This document shows, piece by piece, positions 18,534 through 28,915 of a stretch of 64,000 nucleotides of DNA. This DNA is from Dongiaceae bacterium. GTDB taxonomy: Bacteria; Verrucomicrobiota; Verrucomicrobiia; Limisphaerales; JAFMIX01. The stretch is taken from assembly GCA_035492855.1 (NCBI GenBank), contig DATJIU010000312.1:2299-66298 (forward strand). The letters are read 5' to 3'. Numbering within the stretch: the first letter of the stretch is position 1; the number at the start of each line of letters is the position of its first letter. A program made the position numbers and the translations under genes. The notes under the pieces were generated by a model. The model was given only the letters and a program-made list of their open reading frames with translations. It did no database searches and was not told the origin of the DNA.

Positions 18534-19757
18534 ATGAAAATCTACACCCCGATTCTTACCGGCGCAGCGCTGCTGCTCCTGTCGGCGGCAGCCTCGTTTG
18601 GCGCCGTCAAAGTCACCACCGAACACATCGGCAAGGATGACGCGACCACGCAGTTCAAATTCAAAAACATCCCCGGCCCCAGCACCAACGACGTGGCCAC
18701 CAAGGCCCGCTTTGCGGTGGTGAGCGGCGAGCAGGATGGCAACGGCAGCGACATCAGCGTGCTGAATGACGGCCTGCTGCCTTCCGGCGAAGATGAACCG
18801 TACGAAAACTTTTTCTTCAGCACAGACACCGACACCGGCCGCTTCCTGGTGGATCTGGGCAGCGCCATCACCATCAAACAGGTGAACACCTATTCCTGGC
18901 ATTCCGGCCCCCGGGGACCGCAGGTTTACAAGCTCTATGCCAGCGACGGCACCGCCACCGGTTTCAAGGCCCGGCCCGAAGCCGGCGTGAACCCTGAAAC
19001 CGTCGGCTGGAAGCTGGTCGCCTCCGTGGATACCCGCCCGAAAGATGAAGATGATTTCGGGGGACAATACGGCGCGAGCATTGCCGATCCGGACGGCGCC
19101 CTCGGCCAGTACCGTTACCTGTTGTTTGAATGTTCCAAGACGGAAACCGACGACGACTTCGGCAATACCTTTTACAGCGAGGTAGACGTGGTTTCCGCCG
19201 ATGCCCCCGCCAGCACCGGAGCGGCCAAGGAAGTGCTGCTCACCGCTTATTTCAACACGGTGGGCATCAGCAAGGACGACAGCGAATTTGACGATGGCGT
19301 GGATGATCAGGGTTATTGCTTGTCGGCCACCCTGCTGGGCAGTTCGCAGACCTGGAGCGGCACGCCGTTCCTCATCGGCCCGGCCACGGGTTCCAATGTG
19401 GTGACCGCCGCCGGCCAGACCATCGCCCTGCCGGAAGGAAAATTCGCCAGCCTGAAAATGCTGGCGATCGCCGTGAACGGCAACCAGGAGGCGCAGGACT
19501 TCACCGTCACCTACGCAGATGGCAGCACCCAGAAAGTCACCCAGAGCCTGAGCGATTGGTTCACGCCCGGCAGCTTCCCCAACGAAGGCGACGTGTTGAG
19601 CATGGACTATCGCAACAAGTCCGACGGCACCAAGGAGGACCAGACCTTTCACCTGTACGGCTATACCATCAGCCTCACCGGCACGAACGCGGTGAAGAGC
19701 TTCACCTTGCCAACCAATGCCGATGTGAAGGTGTTCGCCCTCACAGTGACGCCGTAA
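18534..19757 (+). CDS. Secreted hypothetical protein (possible N-terminal discoidin/F5/8-C-like fold)
   Basis: Signal peptide MKIYTPILTGAALLLLSAAASFGA. Acidic and Thr/Gly-rich. The domain call is tentative. Confidence 0.55.
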   Translation: MKIYTPILTGAALLLLSAAASFGAVKVTTEHIGKDDATTQFKFKNIPGPSTNDVATKARFAVVSGEQDGNGSDISVLNDGLLPSGEDEPYENFFFSTDTDTGRFLVDLGSAITIKQVNTYSWHSGPRGPQVYKLYASDGTATGFKARPEAGVNPETVGWKLVASVDTRPKDEDDFGGQYGASIADPDGALGQYRYLLFECSKTETDDDFGNTFYSEVDVVSADAPASTGAAKEVLLTAYFNTVGISKDDSEFDDGVDDQGYCLSATLLGSSQTWSGTPFLIGPATGSNVVTAAGQTIALPEGKFASLKMLAIAVNGNQEAQDFTVTYADGSTQKVTQSLSDWFTPGSFPNEGDVLSMDYRNKSDGTKEDQTFHLYGYTISLTGTNAVKSFTLPTNADVKVFALTVTP

Positions 19758-19780
19758 TTCTCCGGCTCCAAAAACCATTC

Positions 19781-19816
19781 ACCCCGCAGGCGCTCCCGGC
19801 GACTGCGGGGTTTTTC
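19781..19816 (+). terminator. Rho-independent terminator
   Basis: ACCCCGCAG-N13-CTGCGGGGT followed by TTTTTCTTT. Confidence 0.7.
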
Positions 19817-19835
19817 TTTAAAGCGGCAGCCAGCC

Positions 19836-19861
19836 CGGCTCGCGAGGACGCTCGCCCCACC
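19836..19861 (+). repeat. Dispersed repeat family F1 (cggctcgcgaggacgctcgccccacc)
   Basis: Identical 26-mer at 33043-33068. Variant at 8327-8351. Confidence 0.8.
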
Positions 19862-19886
19862 GCGATGGCTGGACTGGTTGAACGGG

Positions 19887-20462
19887 TTAACTTCCGCCGT
19901 GGAGCATCAACCGCACGTCCACGGCTTCCATGCCGGCATCGCGGATGGCGGTCATGCCGAGTTCGGTGTCTTCGTAGGCCCGGCAATCCTGCGGCGCCAC
20001 CCCGATGCGTCGGGCGGCTTCCAGGAAAATGTCGGGTGCGGGTTTTTGGTTTTTGACCATTTCGCTGGTCACCACCGCGTGGAAAAGCTGGCGGATGCCG
20101 AGGAGTTCCAGAACTTTGTTGATGATTGGTTCCGTGCCGCCGGAAGCCACAGCCAGCGGGATTTTGCCGTGATGGGCGCGCGCAATTTCCACCACCGCAT
20201 GGATGGGCTCCACTTCCGCCATTAGCGGCAGATAGGCTTCCTCTTTCTCATGCGCCACGGCGATGTGGTCCAGCGAGCGGCCCTGCTCAGCGGCGAGCAT
20301 CTTGAGGATGTCGCGCGAAGGCACGCCCCCGAGGGCATAAAACCGGTCCTCGGGAAAATGCAGCCCGTGGCGCTGGGTGATGATTTGCCAGGCGCGCCAG
20401 TGCAGCGGCATGGTGTCGGCCAGGGTGCCGTCGCAATCAAAAATCAATCCTTTCGGTATCAT
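19887..20462 (-). CDS. HAD-superfamily hydrolase (beta-phosphoglucomutase-like subfamily IA)
   Basis: Motif I is FDCDGTLADT. Later there are VASGG and a C-terminal E/D motif. Confidence 0.8.
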   Translation of the reverse strand: MIPKGLIFDCDGTLADTMPLHWRAWQIITQRHGLHFPEDRFYALGGVPSRDILKMLAAEQGRSLDHIAVAHEKEEAYLPLMAEVEPIHAVVEIARAHHGKIPLAVASGGTEPIINKVLELLGIRQLFHAVVTSEMVKNQKPAPDIFLEAARRIGVAPQDCRAYEDTELGMTAIRDAGMEAVDVRLMLHGGS

Positions 20463-20483
20463 ATTACAAACCTACGCTCCAGC

Positions 20484-21083
20484 CTATTCCGGGGCGGTTT
20501 TTTTATCCAGATTTGCGGGCACCCATTTTTCCACCGGGTCCGGTTGAAACCGGGCAAAGCCCGCAAACAGTTCGGTCACATTTGCGGCGACGATCAGGGA
20601 ATCCAGCAGTTCCTGCCGTACAAATCCGCTGCGGACCGTGCCGTGCAAAAAATCCACCAGCGGATCATAAAATCCCTCCACGTTGAGCAAGGCACAAGGA
20701 TGCGGGTGCAAGTGCAACTGCGCCCAGGTCATGGCCTCGAAAATTTCTTCCAGGGTGCCGAAGCCGCCGGGCAACGCCACAAACCCGTCGGCCCGCGCCG
20801 CCATTGCCTGCTTGCGTTCGTGCATGGTCTCCACCAGAAGCAGTTCGGTGAGGCGAGGGTGCGCCAGTTCCCGGTGCGCCATGAAATGGGGCAGCACGCC
20901 GGTCACCTTACCGCCGCCGGCCAGGACGGCATCCGCCACCATGCCCATGAGCCCCACATGCGAGCCGCCGAAAACGAGTTCGATGTTCCGCGCCACCATG
21001 GCTTCGCCCAGTTGCCGGGCCGCAACAGCGAAAGCCGGCGAAACGCCGCGACTCGAACCACAATAAACGCAAAGCCGTTTCAT
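20484..21083 (-). CDS. LOG family protein (cytokinin riboside 5'-monophosphate phosphoribohydrolase-like, TIGR00730)
   Basis: VYCGSS...GGSHVGLMG...PGGFGTLEEIFE signature. Confidence 0.85.
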   Translation of the reverse strand: MKRLCVYCGSSRGVSPAFAVAARQLGEAMVARNIELVFGGSHVGLMGMVADAVLAGGGKVTGVLPHFMAHRELAHPRLTELLLVETMHERKQAMAARADGFVALPGGFGTLEEIFEAMTWAQLHLHPHPCALLNVEGFYDPLVDFLHGTVRSGFVRQELLDSLIVAANVTELFAGFARFQPDPVEKWVPANLDKKTAPE

Positions 21084-21117
21084 GACGTCCGCTCCGAGCG
21101 TTTCTTGCGGGCCGGGG

Positions 21118-22197
<1,080 letters not shown>

Positions 22198-22294
22198 GGC
22201 AGATTGACAAATTACAGGCGGCGCACGCAAACACCCGGGCGAAGCGCACCCCGGCCCACGACCCGAATCGCAATCCAGAGCGCGGCCGGAGATA

Positions 22295-22341
22295 AAAACA
22301 CAACCGCCCGCAACCCGAAGACATCCGGGCGGCGGGCGGTT
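22295..22341 (-). terminator. Putative terminator downstream of rpmE
   Basis: AACCGCCCGC...GCGGGCGGTT stem. On the minus strand it is followed by GTGTTTTTA. Confidence 0.5.
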
Positions 22342-22353
22342 GAAAGCGGTGCG

Positions 22354-22596
22354 CTAGGCCTTTTTCTTCTTGGGCGCGGCGGCAGCCTGAGCGGCGGCCG
22401 TTTTGGCCAGCCGTTGCTGGTACTTGTCCACGCGGCCGGCGGTATCCACAAACTTCTGGGTTCCGGTGTAGAACGGATGGCAGACGTTGCAGATGCCGAT
22501 AATGACGGTGGACTTGGTGGAGCGGGTCTTGATGACGTTGCCGCAGGCGCAACGAATTTCCGCATCCACGTATTTCGGATGAATGTCAGCTTTCAT
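22354..22596 (-). CDS. rpmE: 50S ribosomal protein L31
   Basis: MKADIHPKY...CxCG...CHPFYTG signature with a Lys/Ala-rich tail. Confidence 0.92.
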   Translation of the reverse strand: MKADIHPKYVDAEIRCACGNVIKTRSTKSTVIIGICNVCHPFYTGTQKFVDTAGRVDKYQQRLAKTAAAQAAAAPKKKKA

Positions 22597-22849
22597 AAAA
22601 GGCCGGACAACTTAGCAACTGGCCGCCGGATGACAAGCTTGAAATTATCCCCACACAGGATGCTGCCGCCCGCCCGCAGCAGAGAGGAAAACCACGTTCC
22701 TCCCGCGGCTTGAGTCAAATTTGGCTCGGACAGGGGGTTGCAATCAGACCAATCCTCCAGAAGGCCGGGAAATTTTGCAAAAAACGCCCAGTAATGAACA
22801 AGGCATGTAGTGCGTTAATCCGCTGCACAACCGATTTTTATCCCAGATT

Positions 22850-24988
22850 ATGGTTTTCCGCACTTTCATCAAATCCCTGCTGGCCGGGCTGGTTCTGGCC
22901 GGCGTCTGGACCGGCGTGCCGGCTTGGGCGGCCAACGAGCCGATTCCGAATGACAAATGTCTGGAATGTCATTCCGACAAGGACCTGACCAAAACCAATG
23001 CCCAGGGGCAGGCCATTTCGCTGTTCATTGATGAAGCAGGGCTGCATCGCTCCATCCACGCCACCAACACTTGCGTCAGTTGCCACAGCGACCTGACGGA
23101 AGATCATCCGGACAACCTCATCCCGGCCAAGCCGCCTACCTGCGTTACCTGCCATCCCGAGCAGTCCAAACAGTATGCCGCGAGCATTCATGGCATGAGC
23201 CACGCCATGGGGGCCTCCGGGGCGGCCAATTGCTGGGACTGCCATGGCAAACACGACATGCTCCCGGCCAGCAACGCCAATTCCCCGGTCTTCAAACTCA
23301 ACCTGCCGCAGACCTGCGCCAGATGCCACAGCAATTCCAAGCTGACCAAGGAATACGAGATGAAGCGTCCCGAGGCGGCCGCGCAATACAAGGACAGCAT
23401 CCACGGCCGTGCGCTGCTGAAGATGGGGTTGATTGTGGCGCCCTCCTGCAACGACTGCCACGGCGTGCACGACATCAAACGCTCGGTGGACCGCGAGTCG
23501 CCCATCAACAAGGCGAACATCGCCAAAACCTGCGGCAAGTGCCATGTGGGCGTGGAGCAGACCTACAATCGCAGCGTCCATGGCCAGTTGCTCGCCAAGG
23601 GGGTCGAAAACGGGCCCGTTTGCACCACCTGCCACACGGCGCACGAAGTGGAAACGCCCAAGAACGGCCATTTCAAAATGGCCAGCGACGTCCGGTGCGG
23701 CTCGTGTCACAAGGAGCAGTACGAACATTATCGCGACACCTACCACGGCAAGGCGATGGCGCTGGGCAAACCCAATGTGGCCGCCGACGTGGCCGCCTGC
23801 TACGACTGCCATGGCCATCACGACGTGTTGCCGCCGTCCGACCCCGACTCGCACCTGTCCAAGCAGAACATCCTGGGGACCTGCCAGCAATGCCATCCCA
23901 AGGCCACGGCGAAATTCACGGAGTACCGGCCCCACGCCAACCCCATGGACGCCAAGAGCGATCCCCTGCTCCACATCGTGTTTCTGAGCATGACCGGCCT
24001 GCTCGTGGGGGTGTTCACTTTCTTCGGCCTGCATACCATCGCCTGGCTGGTTCGTGCGGTGTGGTTCTATCTGCACGACTCCAAACAGTTCCGCGAGGCC
24101 AAGGTGCGGTCGGCGGAGGACGAGGAATGCTTTACGCGGTTCGTGCCGTTTGAGCGCTTCCTGCATTTCCTGGTGGTGACGAGTTTCCTGTTGCTCACCA
24201 TCACGGGCATGCCGTTGAAGTTCTACTACACTGAATGGGCCAAGGTGTTGTTCTCCTTCATCGGGGGGGCCCAGACGGCACGGACCCTGCACCGCTTCGG
24301 CGCGGTCATCACGTTCCTGTATTTCGGCCTGCACGTGGCCTCGCTCATCGGCAAGGCGTGGAAGGGCCGCAAGGAAGTGCGCGACCCCGCCACCGGCAAG
24401 TTCAAGCTCAAACGGCTGTGGGGGGTGCTGTTCGGGCCGGATTCCATGGTGCCCACCCTCCAGGACTGGCGCGATTTCGTGGCGCACAACAAGTGGTTCT
24501 TCGGCAAGGGCGCCAAGCCGGAGTTCGACCGCTGGACGTACTGGGAAAAATTCGACTACTTCGCCGTGTTCTGGGGCGTGCTCATCATCGGCTCCTCGGG
24601 CCTGCTCATGTGGTTCCCGGAATTCTTCACCCGCTTCCTGCCGGGCTGGGTCATCAACATCGCCCTGCTCATCCATTCGGATGAAGCCCTGCTCGCCGCC
24701 GGGTTCATCTTCTCGATTCATTTCTTCAACACGCATTTCCGCATTGAGAAATTTCCGATGGACACCGTCATCTTCTCCGGCCGCATCTCCAAGACTGAGA
24801 TGCTCCATGAACGGCGCCGGTGGTACGACCGGCTGGTGGCCTCCGGGCGGCTGGACCGTCATCGCGTGCGGGACGAATGGGATCAATGGAAACGCATTGC
24901 CCGCTCCTTCGGCTATCTTTTCTTTGGTATCGGCGTGCTGCTGTTGTTGCTCATCATTTATGCGATGGCCACCCGCCTGTTGCATTGA
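22850..24988 (+). CDS. Undecahaem cytochrome c fused to a C-terminal multi-TM cytochrome b-like domain (CbcL-like)
   Basis: Signal peptide. I counted 11 CxxCH motifs. These are followed by about 6 hydrophobic helices carrying conserved His (HFLVV, HRFGAV, LIHSDE...SIHFFNTHF). Confidence 0.85.
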   Translation: MVFRTFIKSLLAGLVLAGVWTGVPAWAANEPIPNDKCLECHSDKDLTKTNAQGQAISLFIDEAGLHRSIHATNTCVSCHSDLTEDHPDNLIPAKPPTCVTCHPEQSKQYAASIHGMSHAMGASGAANCWDCHGKHDMLPASNANSPVFKLNLPQTCARCHSNSKLTKEYEMKRPEAAAQYKDSIHGRALLKMGLIVAPSCNDCHGVHDIKRSVDRESPINKANIAKTCGKCHVGVEQTYNRSVHGQLLAKGVENGPVCTTCHTAHEVETPKNGHFKMASDVRCGSCHKEQYEHYRDTYHGKAMALGKPNVAADVAACYDCHGHHDVLPPSDPDSHLSKQNILGTCQQCHPKATAKFTEYRPHANPMDAKSDPLLHIVFLSMTGLLVGVFTFFGLHTIAWLVRAVWFYLHDSKQFREAKVRSAEDEECFTRFVPFERFLHFLVVTSFLLLTITGMPLKFYYTEWAKVLFSFIGGAQTARTLHRFGAVITFLYFGLHVASLIGKAWKGRKEVRDPATGKFKLKRLWGVLFGPDSMVPTLQDWRDFVAHNKWFFGKGAKPEFDRWTYWEKFDYFAVFWGVLIIGSSGLLMWFPEFFTRFLPGWVINIALLIHSDEALLAAGFIFSIHFFNTHFRIEKFPMDTVIFSGRISKTEMLHERRRWYDRLVASGRLDRHRVRDEWDQWKRIARSFGYLFFGIGVLLLLLIIYAMATRLLH

Positions 24989-25012
24989 ATCAATCCAGAT
25001 AGACCAACCTAT

Positions 25013-26743
25013 ATGATGTACCGGAGTTTGTTCCGGTCGCCCGGATTCTTCCTGGCGACCTTGCTGGCGTTGCTCGGACCGCTTTCCCTGGTCCGCGCCG
25101 AGATTCCCAACGACAAGTGCCTGGAATGTCATTCCGACAAGGACCTCACCAAGAAGGATGCCAAGGGCAAGGAGGTTTCCATCTATGTGGATGCCGCCAA
25201 ACTGGCCGCCTCCAGCCATCGCACCAACACCTGCGCCAGTTGCCACAGCGACCTGACGGAAGACCATCCGGACAATGCCATCCCGGCCAAGCCGGTGGAT
25301 TGCGCCCGCTGCCATCAGTCCGCGGCGGAAAGTTATTCCGGCAGCGTGCACGGGCTGGCGTTGAAGGCCGGCGACGCCAACGCCGCCACCTGCATAGACT
25401 GCCACGGCACGCACGATGTCTTGCCGCCAACCGACCCCGAATCGCCGCTACATTACACCCGGCTGGGCGCCACCTGCGGCCAGTGCCACACCGAGGCCGC
25501 GGCCGATGTGGCCGAGAGCATCCACGGCCAGGCCGTTGCCGCCCACATGCGGGAGGCGCCCACCTGCACCGATTGCCATTCCGAACACAAAATCGAGGCG
25601 CTCAAAGGGCAGTCCTTGCAAAAGCGGGCCGAGCAAATCTGCGGCAAATGCCACGCCTCGGAACGCATCAATGCCAAGTTCCACATGCCGAATGACCGGG
25701 TGAAAACTTTCTTTGAGAGTTACCACGGGCTGGCGGTGCAAGGCGGCTCCGCCAGCGCGGCCAATTGCGCCAGTTGCCACGGCTATCATAAAATCTTGCC
25801 ATCCAGTGATCCGCGCTCTTCGGTTAATCCCCAACATCTCGTGGCCACGTGCGGCAAATGCCATCCCGGCGCCACCGAGAATTTCGCCCAAAGCCGCGTG
25901 CACATCAACGACCTCGCGGCCAACGACCACGGCGCGGTGGTGAACCGCTGGGTCCGGCGGGTTTATCTGGCGCTAATCTTCACGGTGGTGGGTGGACTGG
26001 CCGGTCACAATCTCCTGGCCTGGTTGCGCGCAGCATTGGCCGCCCGCCGGGCCCGCGGCGTCACGGTTACCCGCATGAACCGCAAGCAGCGCCTCCAGCA
26101 TTTTATCCTGCTGAGCAGTTTCATTTTGCTCGCGCTAACCGGCTTTGCCCTGAAGTATCCCGATACCTGGCTGGCGTGGCTGTTCGGCGGTGATGAAAAC
26201 ATCCGCCGCTGGATTCATCGCATCGCCGGGCTTGCCCTGCTGAGCGTGGGCTTCTATCACCTGCTCTATCTCGTCGTTACGCGTGAAGGCCGGCAACTAC
26301 TCAAGGATTTCTGGCCCCGCTGGCAGGATCTCAAAGATGTCATTCTTAATGTGCGCTACCTCACGCGCCGCAGTTCGCAGCGGCCCCGGTTTGGCCGGTT
26401 TGGCTATGCCGAAAAGATGGAATACTGGGCCGTCATCTGGGGCACCATCATCATGGGCGTCACCGGCCTGATGATCTGGTTCAAGATGGAAGTGACCGAA
26501 TACGTGCCCCGCTGGGTCGTGGATGTGGCCATTACGGTTCACTATTACGAGGCCATCTTGGCGTGCCTGGCCATCATCGTGTGGCACTTCTATCATGTCA
26601 TCTTCGCGCCGGATGTGTACCCCATGAACTGGGCCTGGTGGGACGGCCAGGTTTCCGAAGAATGGGAGCACGAAGAACATCCGCTCGATCATTCCACCCC
26701 GCCGCCGGGCAAGGATTCCAACACGACCGGCGTGGAAATTTGA
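25013..26743 (+). CDS. Nonahaem cytochrome c fused to a C-terminal cytochrome b-like membrane domain (CbcL-like)
   Basis: Signal peptide. 9 CxxCH motifs. About 5 TM helices with His (QHFILL, IHRIAG, TVHYYE...WHFYH). Paralogue of the upstream gene. Confidence 0.85.
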   Translation: MMYRSLFRSPGFFLATLLALLGPLSLVRAEIPNDKCLECHSDKDLTKKDAKGKEVSIYVDAAKLAASSHRTNTCASCHSDLTEDHPDNAIPAKPVDCARCHQSAAESYSGSVHGLALKAGDANAATCIDCHGTHDVLPPTDPESPLHYTRLGATCGQCHTEAAADVAESIHGQAVAAHMREAPTCTDCHSEHKIEALKGQSLQKRAEQICGKCHASERINAKFHMPNDRVKTFFESYHGLAVQGGSASAANCASCHGYHKILPSSDPRSSVNPQHLVATCGKCHPGATENFAQSRVHINDLAANDHGAVVNRWVRRVYLALIFTVVGGLAGHNLLAWLRAALAARRARGVTVTRMNRKQRLQHFILLSSFILLALTGFALKYPDTWLAWLFGGDENIRRWIHRIAGLALLSVGFYHLLYLVVTREGRQLLKDFWPRWQDLKDVILNVRYLTRRSSQRPRFGRFGYAEKMEYWAVIWGTIIMGVTGLMIWFKMEVTEYVPRWVVDVAITVHYYEAILACLAIIVWHFYHVIFAPDVYPMNWAWWDGQVSEEWEHEEHPLDHSTPPPGKDSNTTGVEI

Positions 26744-26851
26744 CCGGATTTGTCCCAAACTCCGGTGGCGGCCAATTCCGATTGCCGTCACCGGTTTTTT
26801 GTTGCCGGTTTCGCGCTTGTCAGCGGCGGGGATGGTCCATAACACTTGCGC

Positions 26852-27367
26852 ATGCTCATTCCGCTGGTCATGACAGTCATCGGGCCGGACCGGGTTGGTC
26901 TGGTGGAATCCATCGCGCGGCTGGTGGCCGAAAACGGCGGCAACTGGCTGGAAAGCCGCATGTGCCGGCTCGGCGGGGAATTTGCCGGCATCCTGCGGGT
27001 GCATTTGCCCGCCGAACGCCGCGCAGTCTTGGAGTCCGCCCTCGCGGAATTGCGCGATCTCAAAATTGTTGTGCGTTCGGACGAAGCCCCGGTTGCCCCC
27101 GGCAAACCGCGGCTGGCCGCGCTGGAAGTTATCGGACCGGACCGCCCCGGCATCGTCCGCGAAATCACCCGCACCTTGGCCGCCCAAGGCGTGAACGTGG
27201 AGGAGCTGGCCACGGAATGTGTCAGCGCGCCGATGTCCGGCGAACCGCTGTTCCAGGCGCGGGCCAAACTGCTGCTGCCCGGCGGCAGCGACCTGGGTCA
27301 ATTGCGCCAGACCCTTGAAAAGGCGGTTGCGGGAATGACGGTGGAAATCTCCATCCCGACTGAATAG
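26852..27367 (+). CDS. ACT-domain protein, GcvR-like (glycine cleavage system regulator family)
   Basis: Two ACT-like halves (VIGPDRVGLVESIARLV... and VIGPDRPGIVREITRTL...). ATG at 26852; the track ORF begins at TTG 26846. Confidence 0.7.
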   Translation: MLIPLVMTVIGPDRVGLVESIARLVAENGGNWLESRMCRLGGEFAGILRVHLPAERRAVLESALAELRDLKIVVRSDEAPVAPGKPRLAALEVIGPDRPGIVREITRTLAAQGVNVEELATECVSAPMSGEPLFQARAKLLLPGGSDLGQLRQTLEKAVAGMTVEISIPTE

Positions 27368-27396
27368 CCGGCACAACTTTGTTTGTAAAAAACAAA

Positions 27397-27425
27397 ACCC
27401 GCGAACCATCTGTTCGCGGGTTTTT
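27397..27425. terminator. Bidirectional rho-independent terminator between convergent genes
   Basis: ACCCGCGAAC-CATCT-GTTCGCGGGT flanked by an A-run upstream and TTTTTG downstream. Confidence 0.75.
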
Positions 27426-27439
27426 GATTGGAATAAAGC

Positions 27440-28894
27440 TTACACTCCGGCGGCTTGTGCGGCCGCGAGGTCGCTGCGGCGTTGCTTCAGGCTCTTGAAA
27501 AATTCATAGCCTTCGCGCAACCGGCGCACACAAACATCCTTGTCCTCCAGCATCGTCTTGATGATGCGGAGAATTGGTTTCGGGCGCAGGTAGTAGCGGT
27601 GATAGAAGCGTTCCACGCTCTCGAAGATTTCCTCCTTGCTCAGGCCGGGATATTCGAGGGCGCTCTGCTGGAAGCCGTCGCCTTCCACGAGGTCGGTTTT
27701 GTCTTTCTTCACAAACCAGCCGTTGAGCTTGGCCTGCTCGTAGAGTTCCGTGCCGGGATACGGCGCGGCCAGACTGACCTGCAGGCTGAACACATCCAGT
27801 TCCTGCGCGAAGCGGATGGTCTGCTCGATGGTTTCCTTGGTTTCGACCGGCAGGCCGAGAATGAACGTGCCGTGAATCACCACGCCCGCCTGGTGGCAGC
27901 TCTTGGTGAAGCGGCGCATTTCATCCGTGGTCACACCCTTCTTGATGCGGGTGAGGATGTCGTCGTTGCCACTTTCGTAGCCCACGAGGAACAGCCGGAG
28001 GCCGTTGTCTTTGAAGCTCTTGATCGTGTCGTAATCGAGGTTGGCGCGGCTGTTGCAGCTCCAATCCACCCCGAGCGGGCCGAGTTTCTTGGCGATCTCG
28101 CGGGCGCGCGGCAGGTTGGCGGTGAAGGTGTCGTCGTCGAAGAAGAATTCGCGCACCTGCGGGAAGATTTTCTTCATGTATGCCATTTCGTCGGCCACGT
28201 TTTGCGGCGAACGGACACGATACTTGTGGCCGCCGATGGTCTGCGGCCAGAGGCAAAACGAGCACTGGGCCGGGCAGCCGCGGCCGGTGTACATGCTCAC
28301 ATACGGATGCTGCAGATAGCCGATGAAGTATTTCTCAATCTGCAAATCGCGTTTATAGACGTCGGCCACCCACGGCAACACGTCCATGTCGGCGATCATT
28401 GCGCGCTCGGGGTTGTGCTTGATCTTGCCTTCCTTGTCCTTGTAGGAAAGCCCGGCGATGGTCGCGAGATCGCGGTCTTCGGCCACTTCCTTGCAGGTGT
28501 AATCAAATTCCTTGCGGCCCACCCAGTCAATCGCCCACGAGGCCTTCAGCGTCTCGGTGGGCAGCACCATGGTGTGCGCGCCCACAAAGCCGACCTTGGT
28601 GTCGGGCTTCTGCTGCTTGATGGCCTCGGCCACCTTGCAGTCGTTTTTCAACGACGGCGTGCTGGTGTTGATGATGACGTGGTTGAAATCTTTTGCGATG
28701 GCCAGGCACTTTTGCAGGTCAATGTCGTGCGGCGGGCAGTCGAGCAGCTTCGAGTTCGGCACCAGCGCGGCCGGTTGCGCCAGCCAGGTGGGATACCAGT
28801 AGCTGGTGACTTCGCGGCGCGCCTGATAGCGCGCGCCCGCGCCACCGTCGAAACCGTCAAACGAGGGAGGGGAAAGAAACAGGGTCTTGCTCAT
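27440..28894 (-). CDS. hpnJ: Hopanoid biosynthesis-associated B12-binding radical SAM protein HpnJ
   Basis: MSKTLFLSPPSFDGFDGGAGARYQARREVTSYWYPTWLAQPAAL closely resembles HpnJ N-termini from memory. Radical SAM CxxxCxxC is present (GRGCPAQCSFCLWP). Confidence 0.8.
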   Translation of the reverse strand: MSKTLFLSPPSFDGFDGGAGARYQARREVTSYWYPTWLAQPAALVPNSKLLDCPPHDIDLQKCLAIAKDFNHVIINTSTPSLKNDCKVAEAIKQQKPDTKVGFVGAHTMVLPTETLKASWAIDWVGRKEFDYTCKEVAEDRDLATIAGLSYKDKEGKIKHNPERAMIADMDVLPWVADVYKRDLQIEKYFIGYLQHPYVSMYTGRGCPAQCSFCLWPQTIGGHKYRVRSPQNVADEMAYMKKIFPQVREFFFDDDTFTANLPRAREIAKKLGPLGVDWSCNSRANLDYDTIKSFKDNGLRLFLVGYESGNDDILTRIKKGVTTDEMRRFTKSCHQAGVVIHGTFILGLPVETKETIEQTIRFAQELDVFSLQVSLAAPYPGTELYEQAKLNGWFVKKDKTDLVEGDGFQQSALEYPGLSKEEIFESVERFYHRYYLRPKPILRIIKTMLEDKDVCVRRLREGYEFFKSLKQRRSDLAAAQAAGV

Positions 28895-28915
28895 GTAATG
28901 GGAAAAATATGGAAC

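Noticed and set aside
22838-25414. 858-aa ORF antisense to both cytochrome genes, spanning their intergenic gap.
   Set aside because: The plus-strand frames carry 20 CxxCH motifs, signal peptides and TM domains. The antisense product is low-complexity (Gly/Ala/Arg/His-rich), as is typical of stop-poor antisense frames in GC-rich DNA.
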